A program made the translations under genes and the position numbers. DNA of 64,000 nt from contig NC_043007.1 of NCBI RefSeq assembly GCF_006345805.1, positions 10,354,001 to 10,418,000 of the forward strand, in the 5' to 3' direction. The notes under the pieces are model-generated. The model made no database searches, was not told where the DNA came from, and saw only the letters and a list, made by a program, of their open reading frames with translations. Shown here piece by piece: positions 1 to 11,333 of this stretch (within the stretch, counting starts at the first letter, position 1; the number at the start of each line of letters is the position of its first letter). The stretch is from Octopus sinensis. Lineage: Eukaryota.

Positions 1-680
1 GCAGTGAAAGCTAAGAGGAAATAATTGCTATTCCGTCCTGTATTCGCGCCCACGACTCGCGCTCAGTTTGATAACAACAGCCTGCACATCAGTGTTTATG
101 AGAGGGCTTGGCCTCTACCTCTGTGAGACCCAAACTGCCGCTGTTAGAACCTGATTAACTTCCATGGTGACCCTAACGACTAAAAAGATTTTCCTGCTCC
201 TATATAGGATCTTTTTTTTCGTTTTCTTCCAACCCTTGAAAGTTCATCTTGCTCCAGTCCACTCAGCTGGCCAAAATGAGTTGTAGTTGTAATTCAAAGG
301 GCCAGCCATGTCATGTTCTGTGTGAGGATGAATCTGTCTCAGAACTACGTTAATGATATGCATGTCTGTGGAGTACCCAGCCATTTGCGAGTTAATTTTA
401 TCCTCTTGTGGTAAAGAAAAGTGAAATTGACACCCAATATTTGCTATGTCTATGTATCTATGTATCGACATTTCTTTGGTATTATGTATCTACTGTCTCT
501 CTCACTTTCTTACTCTTTCACATCCTCTGTGCCTCTCTTCACTCCCGCCTTTGATTTAAAATGTATGTATGTATTTATGTACCTATTTCTCTTGCGATAT
601 GATAAACACCTAAAACATAAAACGAACTCCGTCAGCACTCACGCTCAGGTGCATACAAAAAGAACAAATTGGCATATTAT

Positions 681-810
681 TGATGATGATGATGATGATG
701 ATGATGATAATAATAATAATAAAATAATAATAATAATAATTAATAATAATAATATAATAATAATAATAATAATAATAATTATTATTATGACAAGAAGAAG
801 AAGAAGAATG
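681..810. repeat. Compound microsatellite (GAT)n-(AAT)n-(AGA)n
   Basis: Direct reading; explains the poly-D/N/I/R runs in ORF 421..888. Confidence 0.95.
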
Positions 811-912
811 ATTTATGACCAAAGAAATATATTCTGTGTATCGTATGTGACAAACAGGCTATATTTCTTTACCATAAAGACCATTTGAATACACAATGAA
901 ATAAAGCAAGGC

Positions 913-1030
913 ACTTACTCAGAAATTATAGGTTCGTTCGGTAGTTGTGGAGCTCACACAATGATATGAAGCTAAAGCAACGATGTTCTTCATACAGGAA
1001 TAAGTTAAAACTCTCGATGTCAGTCTCTCT
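913..1030 (-). other. Putative non-coding first (5'-UTR) exon module, copy A, with GT donor
   Basis: ACTTAC at 913-918 reads GTAAGT on minus. The adjoining ~110 bp aligns with 24102-24240 and 39883-40025 (shared GGTTCGTTC-G-TAGTTGTG, AAAG-TAAAGCAACGAT-TTC, GAATAAGTT-AAA-CTCTC). Its coding exon would lie left of the window. Confidence 0.55.
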
Positions 1031-2208
1031 CTCTATATATATATATGTACCAACGAACGAAATTCTCAGACCTTGAGTCGCCCTTTTGCTTCTGCTAAAT
1101 ATTAGTAATATGTGGGGGGGGGGAGTGCATCTGTGTGTATACATACATCTGCGCATGAATACACACACACACTCACAAACACTCACACACTCACACACAC
1201 ACACACACACATATGCTTATCCACTTTAGTTTTTGTGCATGTTCCATACTGATTGCCGTCCTTTAATCTCCTGAATCTTGTTTAGGGCATCCTGTTATGC
1301 TATAGTGTATTACGTTACTATATGAAAACACAATGGTGACAAGGGGTCTTCCACTTTAACAACTTGGAGATAACGTCCAAACGAGAGACTCTCTCCACCG
1401 TTACTAACCTGCTAGAAATTGCGACAAAGTCACCTTTAAATCACATCATACCATATTAAGTAATGAATTCTATACTGAACATTGTAGAGTGCGATGTGCA
1501 AAAATCGGAATGGTCACTGTTGATAACTCTTACCCACGCATCTACTCAATCAAAGTCGATCTAGTTCACAGTTATACTATATAGAGAAAAGGCCCTGTGC
1601 TACAGTTATGAACTTTCAACTATATATGTACATATAGATATATATACATACGAGCAAAACACCTACCGTCCAATGGTGCTGAGTTGTCAAACATTTAAAC
1701 CAAATTTTCTCAAAAAAACTTGTCCGACCCTCCCATAGGCCTTCCATTTGAGAAACACTGATTTAACCTAAATTTGAGACACCAGCAAAAGAAGAAATAT
1801 ATACTTTTTTCTATTCGAAAGAAAAACGATTTTATTCACACAAATATGCAACCGAAGAGTTTAAAGTACCACTAATGATAAGGCTGTTGACTGGGAGAGC
1901 ATAAACATGGTTTTAAACAGTAAGCTTTGGGGGAAAGAAACGTGCCTTTAAACAGTACAAAACAAAAAAATGGAAGGTGCAGTTATGTACAGGTTGACGG
2001 AAGAAAGCAGGACAAAAACGGCTTTTCGATCGCATTCTCACCTGGATCGATTTCTGTAATTTTTTGAAGACTCATACACGCCCTGATACCGTTGGTATCT
2101 ACATATCAAATTTGAGCGCAATCGGATAGAGGATGCCCGAGATTCGAGAAGACACACAGACAGACAGACAGAACGGATTTTATATAGAGATACACACGCA
2201 CACACACA

Positions 2209-2293
<85 letters not shown>

Positions 2294-2309
2294 TTATAGA
2301 TGTAGATAT

Positions 2310-2460
2310 ATACTCTTTACTCTTTACTCTTTTACTTGTTTCAGTCATTTGACTGCGGCCATGCTGGAGCACCGCCTTTTAGTCGAGCAAATCGACCCCG
2401 GGACTTATTCTTTGTAAGCCCAGTACTTATTTTATCGGTCTCTTTTGCCGAACCGCTAAA
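2310..2460 (-). mobile_element. 3' half of abundant tRNA-derived SINE with (GAGTAAA)n tail
   Basis: CTCTTTTACTTGTTTCAGTCATTTGACTGCGGCCATGCTGGAGCACC...GCCGAACCGCTAA recurs at ~16345, 40050, 48545, 59880 and 60250. Confidence 0.8.
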
Positions 2461-2707
2461 TATAGTTATATAAATTAGAGTGGGTGAGTATTTACTTATA
2501 GATGCGTGTACGTGGGTGTGCGGGCGGGCGTGTATAGGTATGGACATACCCGCTTACGCGAATACTATGAACATTTTTACTTCCCTACCTTTACTTCCTC
2601 CCCTCATTTAACGGTCATTCTAATAGTTTGTTTGTCTTTATAACGGTCAATCACGCAGTAATTTGCATTTGCTTAACAGTCATTTCATAGCATTTTTTCG
2701 ATGGTCG

Positions 2708-2768
2708 GATAACTGAAGAGATGGCGACGTGGGTTTCCGCTCAGACGTCCGAAACTCGGTGTTTTATC
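2708..2768 (+). ncRNA. Minimal type I hammerhead ribozyme-like motif (HHR1)
   Basis: Stem I GATAA(2708-12)/TTATC(2764-68); core CTGAAGA(2713-19); G2720..C2750 closing a GACGT/ACGTC stem II with a 5-nt bulge; GAAA(2751-54); 2-bp stem III; GUU triplet (2761-63). Lies upstream of a Penelope-like ORF. Confidence 0.6.
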
Positions 2769-2816
2769 ATGGCTACCAAATAATTGCCACAAAATAGATT
2801 TGCAGATATATATATA

Positions 2817-2851
<35 letters not shown>

Positions 2852-2890
2852 ATAACAGAGAGATAGATATTTCACTTTGTTGTCATGAAA

Positions 2891-2997
2891 GGAAATATGT
2901 CCAATTCAATTGGTGGAGCTTATTCAAAATGTAAGAGTGGAGATGTCTCTTCTCTGGATAGTGATCTCACTCTACTCAACCGGTAGTTACACATACA
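2891..2997 (+). repeat. ~110 bp direct repeat, copy 1 (copy 2 at 7268-7380)
   Basis: GGAAATAT...AAATGTAAGAGTGGAGA...CTCTTCTC...TAGTGA...CAACCGGTAGTT-ACACATACAT in both; each copy follows a (TA)n tract and precedes (CATA)n. Confidence 0.85.
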
Positions 2998-3104
2998 TGC
3001 ATACGTAGTACATACATGCATACATACATACATACTAGGTGGGGTCGAAATTTTATTCTGTGATTCAACATACTACTTGGTATTTATGTTGGTGTGAGAA
3101 ATAA

Positions 3105-3826
3105 ATGAACAAGGGGTGTGTGTACTTCTTGGAAAGGTTCGAGGAGTGGTACTCCCTGGAAAAGTCCAAGGACTTGGAGCTGAAGGGGAGGGAGTATTGC
3201 CACCCTACCCCTCAGGGACTGTTGAAAACACCAGGTTCTACGCACAATAATGAACAAGACTACACCCCATTCGGTAACATCCACCGCCCCCGGGGAGTAT
3301 TAAAAACACCAGGCACTACACAAAATTATGAACATAGACTCTACAAACACCCACACAATCATAACAACCTAATCCCTCAAATTCACCACCCACACAACGG
3401 AAATCCTCGTTTTTACACGAATAACCTCTACACACACAAAAACAACCAGCATCCCACAACAAACATTTTTGTCACACAGCAGAGGAAACCGATAGCAAGG
3501 TGAAACCCGAGACACAGGAGAAACCCATAGTAATCAACATCTCCCACTTATCCTTATCCGACATTAATATAGACATCGTATCCAAAGGATTCAATTTCAC
3601 ACCCACACACTCTAGAGCCAATCAAAAGGAAATTAAAGACAGCGTCTCAGAGTTCTGCAGGAAATTAAGACATGCGGCACTGACCGACTTTGATGATCAG
3701 GATGAATCACTGGTCAAGAACAAAAGCGAATACACCCTCCACAAAGAAAGAGACAAAAGACTAGATGAATTTTGCAAACACGTCGAAAACTTTTACTATC
3801 ACACCCTGCACAAACAAAAAACTATC
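3105..3826 (+). mobile_element. Penelope-like element N-terminal fragment (truncated before RT core)
   Basis: ORF 3500..3862 VINISHLSLS...SKGFNFTPT...EFCRKLR matches the PLE N-terminal signature VINLS..L....LSKGL.F.PTP...F.RKLR; preceded by a low-complexity H/N/T/P-rich ORF (3105..3503). Confidence 0.65.
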
Positions 3827-6581
3827 TCAATCTTTGATGATGAAGATTTCATTGATGCATAAAGAGCATTTTTTATTTCTATTATTGTATACTGGTGCCG
3901 AAGTGAGTATTTCCCAATTTAAATTAAAATCTATATCCTTGCTCTTAAGTTCCCAAATAGAAGTACTTAACCCTGTAGAATTCATCCTATTTTTATTTTT
4001 AAAAGAGTATCTATGATAGTTCAGTCGTTGTTTCATACTATTTTTAGTCGCACCAATATACACCCTACTATCATGTTGTGTGTTCACAACGCATTGATAA
4101 ACCACCACTTTCCTCAGACATTCATTATTGAACACACATTTGTCTTTGATTCTGCAATTGCAGCTGCTATCTGATTGAGAAAATTTAACCTTGCTGCGAT
4201 TCACTGCATCCCTATTATAGTTGATAATGTTAACCCCATTCTCAATACTTAATCCTATATTCAACGGGAGTCCATGTTTAACATTATTAGTAATATTCAA
4301 ATCATTAGGACTACTACTATGAATAGCAATATCATCAACCAAATTATTATTTGTTGCTACAGAAATAGTACTATTATAACCAACGTGAGGGTTACTCACG
4401 CTCGCACTATTAGGTTTATTAACACTCAAGTTATAGTGAGGCACATTTCTGCTACCCAAGTTTATCTATCTATCACTATAGAAGCGGTCAATTTTTCTAT
4501 TATTAAAGGAGGAAATAATGGTGGCTAAATTGTGCGTAAGGCTGTCTCCTATTCTGATAGTTTCGTTGTTCATTATTTTATAATATTTATTTTTAGCCTT
4601 CTCAAAATGCTTGTACAATAAACTATGGATCATTCTAACTATATCCGTTTTAATTTGCATTGCATATGGGATTATCAGCCATAGTGCATCATTATCACTA
4701 TGTGGGTTACCTATCAAATTCTTATTATCAACAAAAACTCTGTTCCTCCGCCAAACCCTATATCTTCTAAGATTAAAATTACCAAGATTATGACTAAAAT
4801 CATTGTTATAATTGATATTGTTATTATGGTGTCACTAAGTTTTTCCATTATCGTAGATAATATCATTATTATTATAATTCATATTATTATTAATATTATT
4901 AATATTAATGTTATGTGCTAAGTTATTCAAATTAAGATCAACAGCTCCATTAATACCAATACTAGTATTATTTCCATACACAATTTTATATATCCTATTG
5001 TTCTTTACCCCAAAGTTGTTATTAACCATTCGAAAGCCGTTTGTGTTTGTAGTAGTAGATCCATCTTGATTCGAAAGATTATTATTAGGTATATACTTAA
5101 TTTTACCCGTATAACCTGCCTTATGTAATGTAGTGTTATATCTTTCACTGTGCTTATTAAATATGTCCAGATTTGAGGGATAGATGAGATTCTCTGACTA
5201 ATGCAACGCAATAGTGACCTTTTAATTTGAGGGTGGGGGGGTGGGGGTGATTGCTAGAGTAGTTTATATATACTAAATTAGAATTAGGTTTAATATAAGG
5301 TTCGTGTATCCCATTAGTAAGGTTGCTATTAACATCTAAATAATTGACAGTAATTTTCATTTTCAATAATTATAGATAAACCAAAACTCTTTAAAATGTA
5401 TGCAGTCGTTTTTTCAGTAAATTTAGCCTTCTATTGGATATATTCCTAACTAGAAACAAAGCGTCGTCTCTATATGGACCGCCCTTTAATTCAGGGAATT
5501 CCCTATTTAGATTATCTAGTAAATACATCCCTACTAAATCCGTCACTTCCGCTGAATCCGCGGCGATCCCATGGTGATGTCAAATAAATTAGGTGTGTCT
5601 TTTCTAGCCCAAATTTGTTATCAAATCTATTAAAGTTTTTCTAGCCGTTAAGATAACCTTATTTCCCTCATACTTAAGTTAGTGTGTCTCCTAGCAAAAT
5701 TAAAGCCTTATTTAATATAATAGTTTAATAGAGGAATAATAGTTTTGTATATCCAGTTGGATAATTTATTGTTCTATTTTTACTAGCTAGCGCTAATGCT
5801 AGAAACCAGTCTAATGTACCCTGTGTTTTTTTCCAAAGACTAAGCTTAATTTTGTTACGTATAGTTGGTAAGTATTTGTCAAGGATAAGTTTGCTTAATT
5901 TACCTAAGTCAGACTTGGTAGGGCAAATCAATCTAACATGTGTATTACCAAGGAAATTTTCCTTGTGGTCCTTAAGTGTAATTCTCGGTCTGATGGGGGT
6001 ATAGGGTTCAGATTTGTCTTCAAAATAGTAATCAAGCATAATTTCTCCAGCCTCTAAATTTAGTTCTCTGAGTGTATTAAAAGGTACAATCTTATACTTC
6101 TTCGTAATTTCCTTATGCAATAATTCATGGTATGTAAGAATGTCAATATTGTAAATGCTACTAGTTTTGTCAGAATGGGTTAATATACCATTCTTACCCT
6201 TAAGAGGTCTTATTAATTCTTTTAATTTTCTTTGGTACGGATTGTTCCTCAATGGGTAATTTTTAAATTTAATATTTTTGATGGTGTCCCATAATTCTTG
6301 CTCGAAGTTGTCCAGATGTTTTTTGGTGGTGGAGATTTCCTAGATTTGAATGTATTTCCGGTTAGTTTAATTGCTTCCTCATAGCTACTTCATGTTCCAT
6401 TGCAGTTGATGTCAATACTTCCTCCTTCATTCACTTTTGTAATACTGTTTTCATGTTGGAAAACCTTCCATCTAACCCTGCGAATAAACTCGTTAATTCT
6501 ATAAATTAGCTCTTTGGTGTAGTGGTCCTTAGTAGGAATGGGTACATCTTTCATTGATGAATTGATCAGTATCTTCTCCAT
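3827..6581 (-). mobile_element. Decayed Penelope-like element, Naiad-type RT + C-terminal GIY-YIG endonuclease
   Basis: N-terminus MKDVPIP..HY..ELI..INEFIRRVRWK; RT ITLKDHKENF...RLICPTKSDLGKLSK; YRDD near 5470; thumb VNYLDV...YI..SSNHP; endonuclease CNC...C...C..VVYQ...YIGAT...R...H..SF...LS..IW.LK...W.I...C.LC..E. Several frameshifts and stops. Confidence 0.85.
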
Positions 6582-6945
6582 TTTACTAGCAGTTATTATC
6601 CTGTAGGATTAATGCACTATACTTGGATGTATTCACTTATACCATAAATACATAGAGTATTGAGTGGATATTTCATGTACACAAGTATTAGCAATTCAAA
6701 TTCCTCAGAAAGTTAACTTAAAATTACAAAGTGAGATAGGGGTTGTGAGTGTAACCCTCTATGGGATAACATATATCCAATATACTGCCAGTAATATATA
6801 TATATATGTTACCGAAATGCAATTCGAAAAAGCCCGCCATTTACATAGATGTATAAGGGGTGAACAGTTCTATATGCTACGGTGGATACGATGGTTGTTC
6901 GTCTGGTATGTTGATTTTGTTCATTCATTATAAATCTTGAATCAC

Positions 6946-7009
6946 GCTGTCACTGATGTGTAAGGGACGCAGCCACTGCGTTGATTACGAAATCACGGTG
7001 GTCTGCAGC
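6946..7009 (+). ncRNA. Type I hammerhead ribozyme-like motif (HHR2), one core deviation
   Basis: Stem I GCTG(T)CA/TGCAGC; core CTGATGT (A9>U); stem II GTAA/TTAC extended by ACGCAG-CCA-CTGCGT; GAAA 6989-92; stem III TCAC-G-GTGG; GUC triplet 7001-03. Confidence 0.55.
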
Positions 7010-7156
7010 TAAATTCTGTTTTTAAATGACTTGCTTCGAGAAATGCATTCGGGTAGGATATGTTATTTGGTAGTTTTGACTTTAAGAGTCCCTCCTAGCG
7101 TGCGGCATTATGTGTAATAATGCCCTCTATATAATATATATATATATAAGTATGTA

Positions 7157-7222
<66 letters not shown>

Positions 7223-7267
7223 GTATGTATATATATATAATACATATGATAGAGAGATATGACGAAC

Positions 7268-7380
7268 GGAAATATATCCTATTCATTTGTTTGGGCTCAT
7301 TCGAAATGTAAGAGTGGAGACGACTCTTCTCCGAGTAGTGACCTCACGCTACACAACCGGTAGTTTACACATACATACAT
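7268..7380 (+). repeat. ~110 bp direct repeat, copy 2
   Basis: About 80% identical by eye to 2891-2997. Confidence 0.85.
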
Positions 7381-7500
7381 ACATACATACATACATACAT
7401 ACATAAAGGTTATAGTGATAAATTAGATGGTTATTGACGATTAAGTCTATTTCGGCATATTTGGCATTGAAATGTTTTTCTTTTGACTTTGTTTATAAGT

Positions 7501-7541
<41 letters not shown>

Positions 7542-7544
7542 TAA

Positions 7545-8257
7545 GTGCTTGAGTATTTAGATTACGTTTTCCTAGATACTGGAACAGCAATTTGCATTGC
7601 AGAAGAAGTTATTACTTTTTCAATTGATTTTGACAGTCAAGAAAGCTTTAAGGCTGTATTATGTAATGGTACACCCGAAAAAACTGGTCATTCAGGAGGG
7701 GTAATTAAAATAATTGAATTAACCACATCTGTGGTTGATATGCCTGCTACTTACAAATGTGCTTCCATTTCAACACGTATTTGAATCCATAGTTGGAAAA
7801 ATAACAGGAACATGAATATCAAAAGGCTTAATTGGCAATAAAATTAAAGAAGATGTAACAAACTTAAAGATAATCAAATTTTCTCCAGTAAAAACTAATG
7901 TGGAGGAATTGCCATTAAAATTAGTTGATACTTTAAGCTAAGATAAAAAAAATATCTGTATAAAATGTGCCTCAATATTGAGACAGTTTTCGTTTCTGAG
8001 CAGTTAGCAGGAAGATCACCTGGTAATATCCATCATGCAAGGTGGCTAACAAGTACAAACAGAATCCTTCGATTATATGTTTCGGAAACAATCCCCAAAA
8101 GATTATTATGGATCTTGTTAAAATCATAACGCAAGTGTATGCTCTAAGCTGGTTCTGGATTAAATCTTACTCAAAGTTGCTCGGAGGAGCAAGTAATTTT
8201 TGGTATATGGCACAACTAATGCAAGATATGAACCAAGATCATAAAGAAGTTTTGTAG
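7545..8257 (+). mobile_element. DDE transposase remnant, Sola2-like
   Basis: CNGT...TG..GGVI..IEL motif, then after frameshifts PGNIHHARWLTSTNRILRLYVS...LVKII..VYA..WF.IK. Superfamily assignment is from remembered motifs only. Confidence 0.5.
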
Positions 8258-8429
8258 AAATAGTGAAAAACTATCGGATCGGTCCCAATTTCTGAGTTAA
8301 TTCATTTAGAATTTTCTCGTCATCAGCGATAAATACGATAAGAAAATAAATGAGATACTTACTTGTACCCATGGAAGAAGTAAACACAAAGTCATGAGCA
8401 AACTTAAGTACCCCATATATAGAAATTCC

Positions 8430-9179
8430 ATAGCAGCCAAAAGACTACTATTTTCTTTTACTACAAAAATAAGTCTCCGGTATGCAACTTGTTGCAAAAA
8501 ACCCTTATCATTATAATTATATAAATCTTTACCGAATATGGTCCTTTTCCATACCGAAATACTACTAGGTGAAATTTGTTGATTTTATTAAATTAATTAT
8601 ATTTCACCCTATATCTGTAATGACTATTTTACTCCCCTACGACAAAACTACGAATCTTGTTTTCGGCAGTACTATTTTGTGACTCACGTGGTAAAATTCT
8701 GGAGGGAAATACGAATTCACTTGTCTATATAAATGTGGATATGCGGATTGGCTTTTATATATTTTGATGTCGTTTGATCGAAAATATAAGAGGTAAGTTT
8801 ACCTAGCATTTCTAGATTTATGGGGAATATTATGTTGATAAAGGAAATGAACCTTACGATTCTAATCCAGAAACGTACGTCCATAATTAACCGATGACTG
8901 TGTGATTTAATTTTTTTTCTTCTTTTTTTTTTGCCATATGTGAGTTACAAATATTGTTATCTGTGGAGACTTATTTTTGTAGTAAAAATAAATAGTAGTC
9001 TTTTGGCTGCTATTTCTAAAATTTTCGGTATGTGGTTTAAGCAACTTGTTGCAAAAAACTCTTATTATTATACTTATATAAACTTTTATCGAATATGGTC
9101 CTTTTCCATACCGAAATACTACTAGGTGAAATTTGTCGATTTTATTAAATTAATTATATTTCACCCTATATCTATAATG
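8430..9179. repeat. Local duplication: 139 bp direct repeat (8484-8622, 9041-9179) plus 49 bp inverted segment (8430-8478, 8965-9013)
   Basis: Direct sequence comparison. Confidence 0.85.
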
Positions 9180-9384
9180 TATATATATATACGAAAGAAG
9201 GTTTGAAAATGCGATTTTAAAAGATGTTTATTTACTTTACCAGTTTCACTCCTTGGAAAAAGATTGTCAAAAGTAACATGTAGAAGTTTGGTTGCGTTAA
9301 TTATTGGTTTGTTACAAAATGCTACATTACATATATACAGTCTTTGGTAGCAAGGACATGTTAAGGACATGAAAAAGTTTAACA

Positions 9385-9419
9385 ATATATATATATATAT
9401 ATATAATATATATATATAT

Positions 9420-9481
<62 letters not shown>

Positions 9482-9494
9482 CATACATACATAT

Positions 9495-9542
<48 letters not shown>

Positions 9543-9770
9543 CATATATATATATATATATTTATACATATATATATATATATACATATATATACATACG
9601 TATATATACATACATATATATATATACATATATATACATATATATATACATGTATATACATATACATATATATATACACATATATACATATATATATACA
9701 AATATATATATACATATACATATATACACATACATATATACAAATATACATATATATACATATATACATA
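9385..9770. repeat. Long degenerate (TA)n/(TACA)n microsatellite
   Basis: Direct reading; source of the Y/I/M/C-rich ORFs at 9327-9816. Confidence 0.95.
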
Positions 9771-9829
9771 TCCTATCTAGTTTCAGCTCAGAGCTGCGGC
9801 CATGCTGATGCACCACCGTTTTGTGCTAC

Positions 9830-10175
9830 CCTATTATTACTAAGAGCCTCCTCTAATATGTGGCACTTGGTGAAGAATGGAGTTTGATATAGCTACCCTC
9901 ATTTGCACCTCTTGCCGTCAGGTAGGTTCATCTGGGACTCTCGACAGGAAGAGGTCCAGCTTTGATTTAAAAGCCCCTACATCTACTTTGTGAACGTTTC
10001 TCAGACTCTTTGGGAGAATATTAAAAAGCTGTGGGCCCTTGAAATCCAGGCTGTCGCAGTAACTGCTCCTGAAGCGTGATGGCATTGTTGGGATCTTTGG
10101 CACTATGCAGTGTCGTCCCGTTCTGGCATTGGTGTAACTTTCAATGCCAAAATGTGGCACATTCCTTCCAAGATC
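9830..10175 (-). mobile_element. CR1/L2-group LINE 3' end
   Basis: KGPQLFNILPKSLRNV....FKSKLDLFLSRVPDEP is the typical C-terminus of CR1-group ORF2. Confidence 0.7.
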
Positions 10176-11150
10176 TTCCAGATATATTTAAAATAATTTG
10201 AACGACCAAAAAAAAAAAAATCATTTTAACAAATGTATACATTTTCTAAAAAAACAATTCATTATTCAAATATTGAAAATTCGTTAGTTTACGATGTTGG
10301 AGGAGTACCTACCTGCTCATGTATGAATGGAACATTGTTATTTTGTTTATTATGGAGAAGAATAGGCATACATTCAGCATAAAACTTATCTAATCCAGCA
10401 GAATTTAGAGCGGAAATATATCTACTCAAATTACGAGTAACAGAAAAACCATATCGAAAACATCTGCTGTTGAATAAGTCACTATATTTGTTTTTATTAG
10501 AAAAAAATGTTTATTTATTAACCGGCGTATAACGGCGATCAAGTTAGTTTTTACTTGTTTAGCGAAATAGATAACATTTTAGCCAGATAACATTTTCCTT
10601 TATTATTATTACCAGAATTTGGATTATGAAAGTTTCCCATTTTGGATTTAATATAAGGTATATAATTTTAAAATTGTTTGATTGACTGATGTTCTTAATG
10701 ACTTTGGCGGAGGCAAATATATTATTTTTATCCTTGTGATTATTGTTATAACTTGCTTTATGTTTAATATTCTTTGGGTGTATGATATGCACGTTTCTAT
10801 TTTTATTGCCAATATAATTATTAGCGTTGGTCATCAGGTCTATTTTTTTAGTTTATACGACTGTATTTTTATGTTGTTTCCCTTTGTTCAATATATATTT
10901 ATTGTGTGATCTATTAACTGTGTTATCAGTATTCATAGCATTATGCAGTGGTTGGGTCGGTAGGTTATTGCTATTAAAGTTATGTTAAGGTATACGAACA
11001 TGTTTATGGTTATTATTAGCTGTATCTAAATCATGCTTAATATATTTAATTTTCTGTTTATACCCAGCTTTTTATATATTATAGCAAGTGAGACTGTAGA
11101 AGAAGAAGAAGAAGCGGAAGAAAAAGAAGAAGAAGAAGTAGTAGTAGTAA

Positions 11151-11202
<52 letters not shown>

Positions 11203-11333
11203 TGTTGTAGTAGTAGTAGTAGTAGTAGTAGTAGAAGAAGAAGAAGCTGTGTATCGGTGAGGAATTTCTGTTAAATTTTCGTAACTTTTCGTATCCTACA
11301 TATTTCTTACTGATGTGACCTAACTGTTTTGAT

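Noticed and set aside
3827-3829. TGA ending the Naiad-type ORF as a selenocysteine codon (some Naiads encode selenoproteins)
   Set aside because: It falls at the fusion junction rather than at a conserved Cys; the endonuclease Cys residues are ordinary codons and no 3' UTR/SECIS remains.
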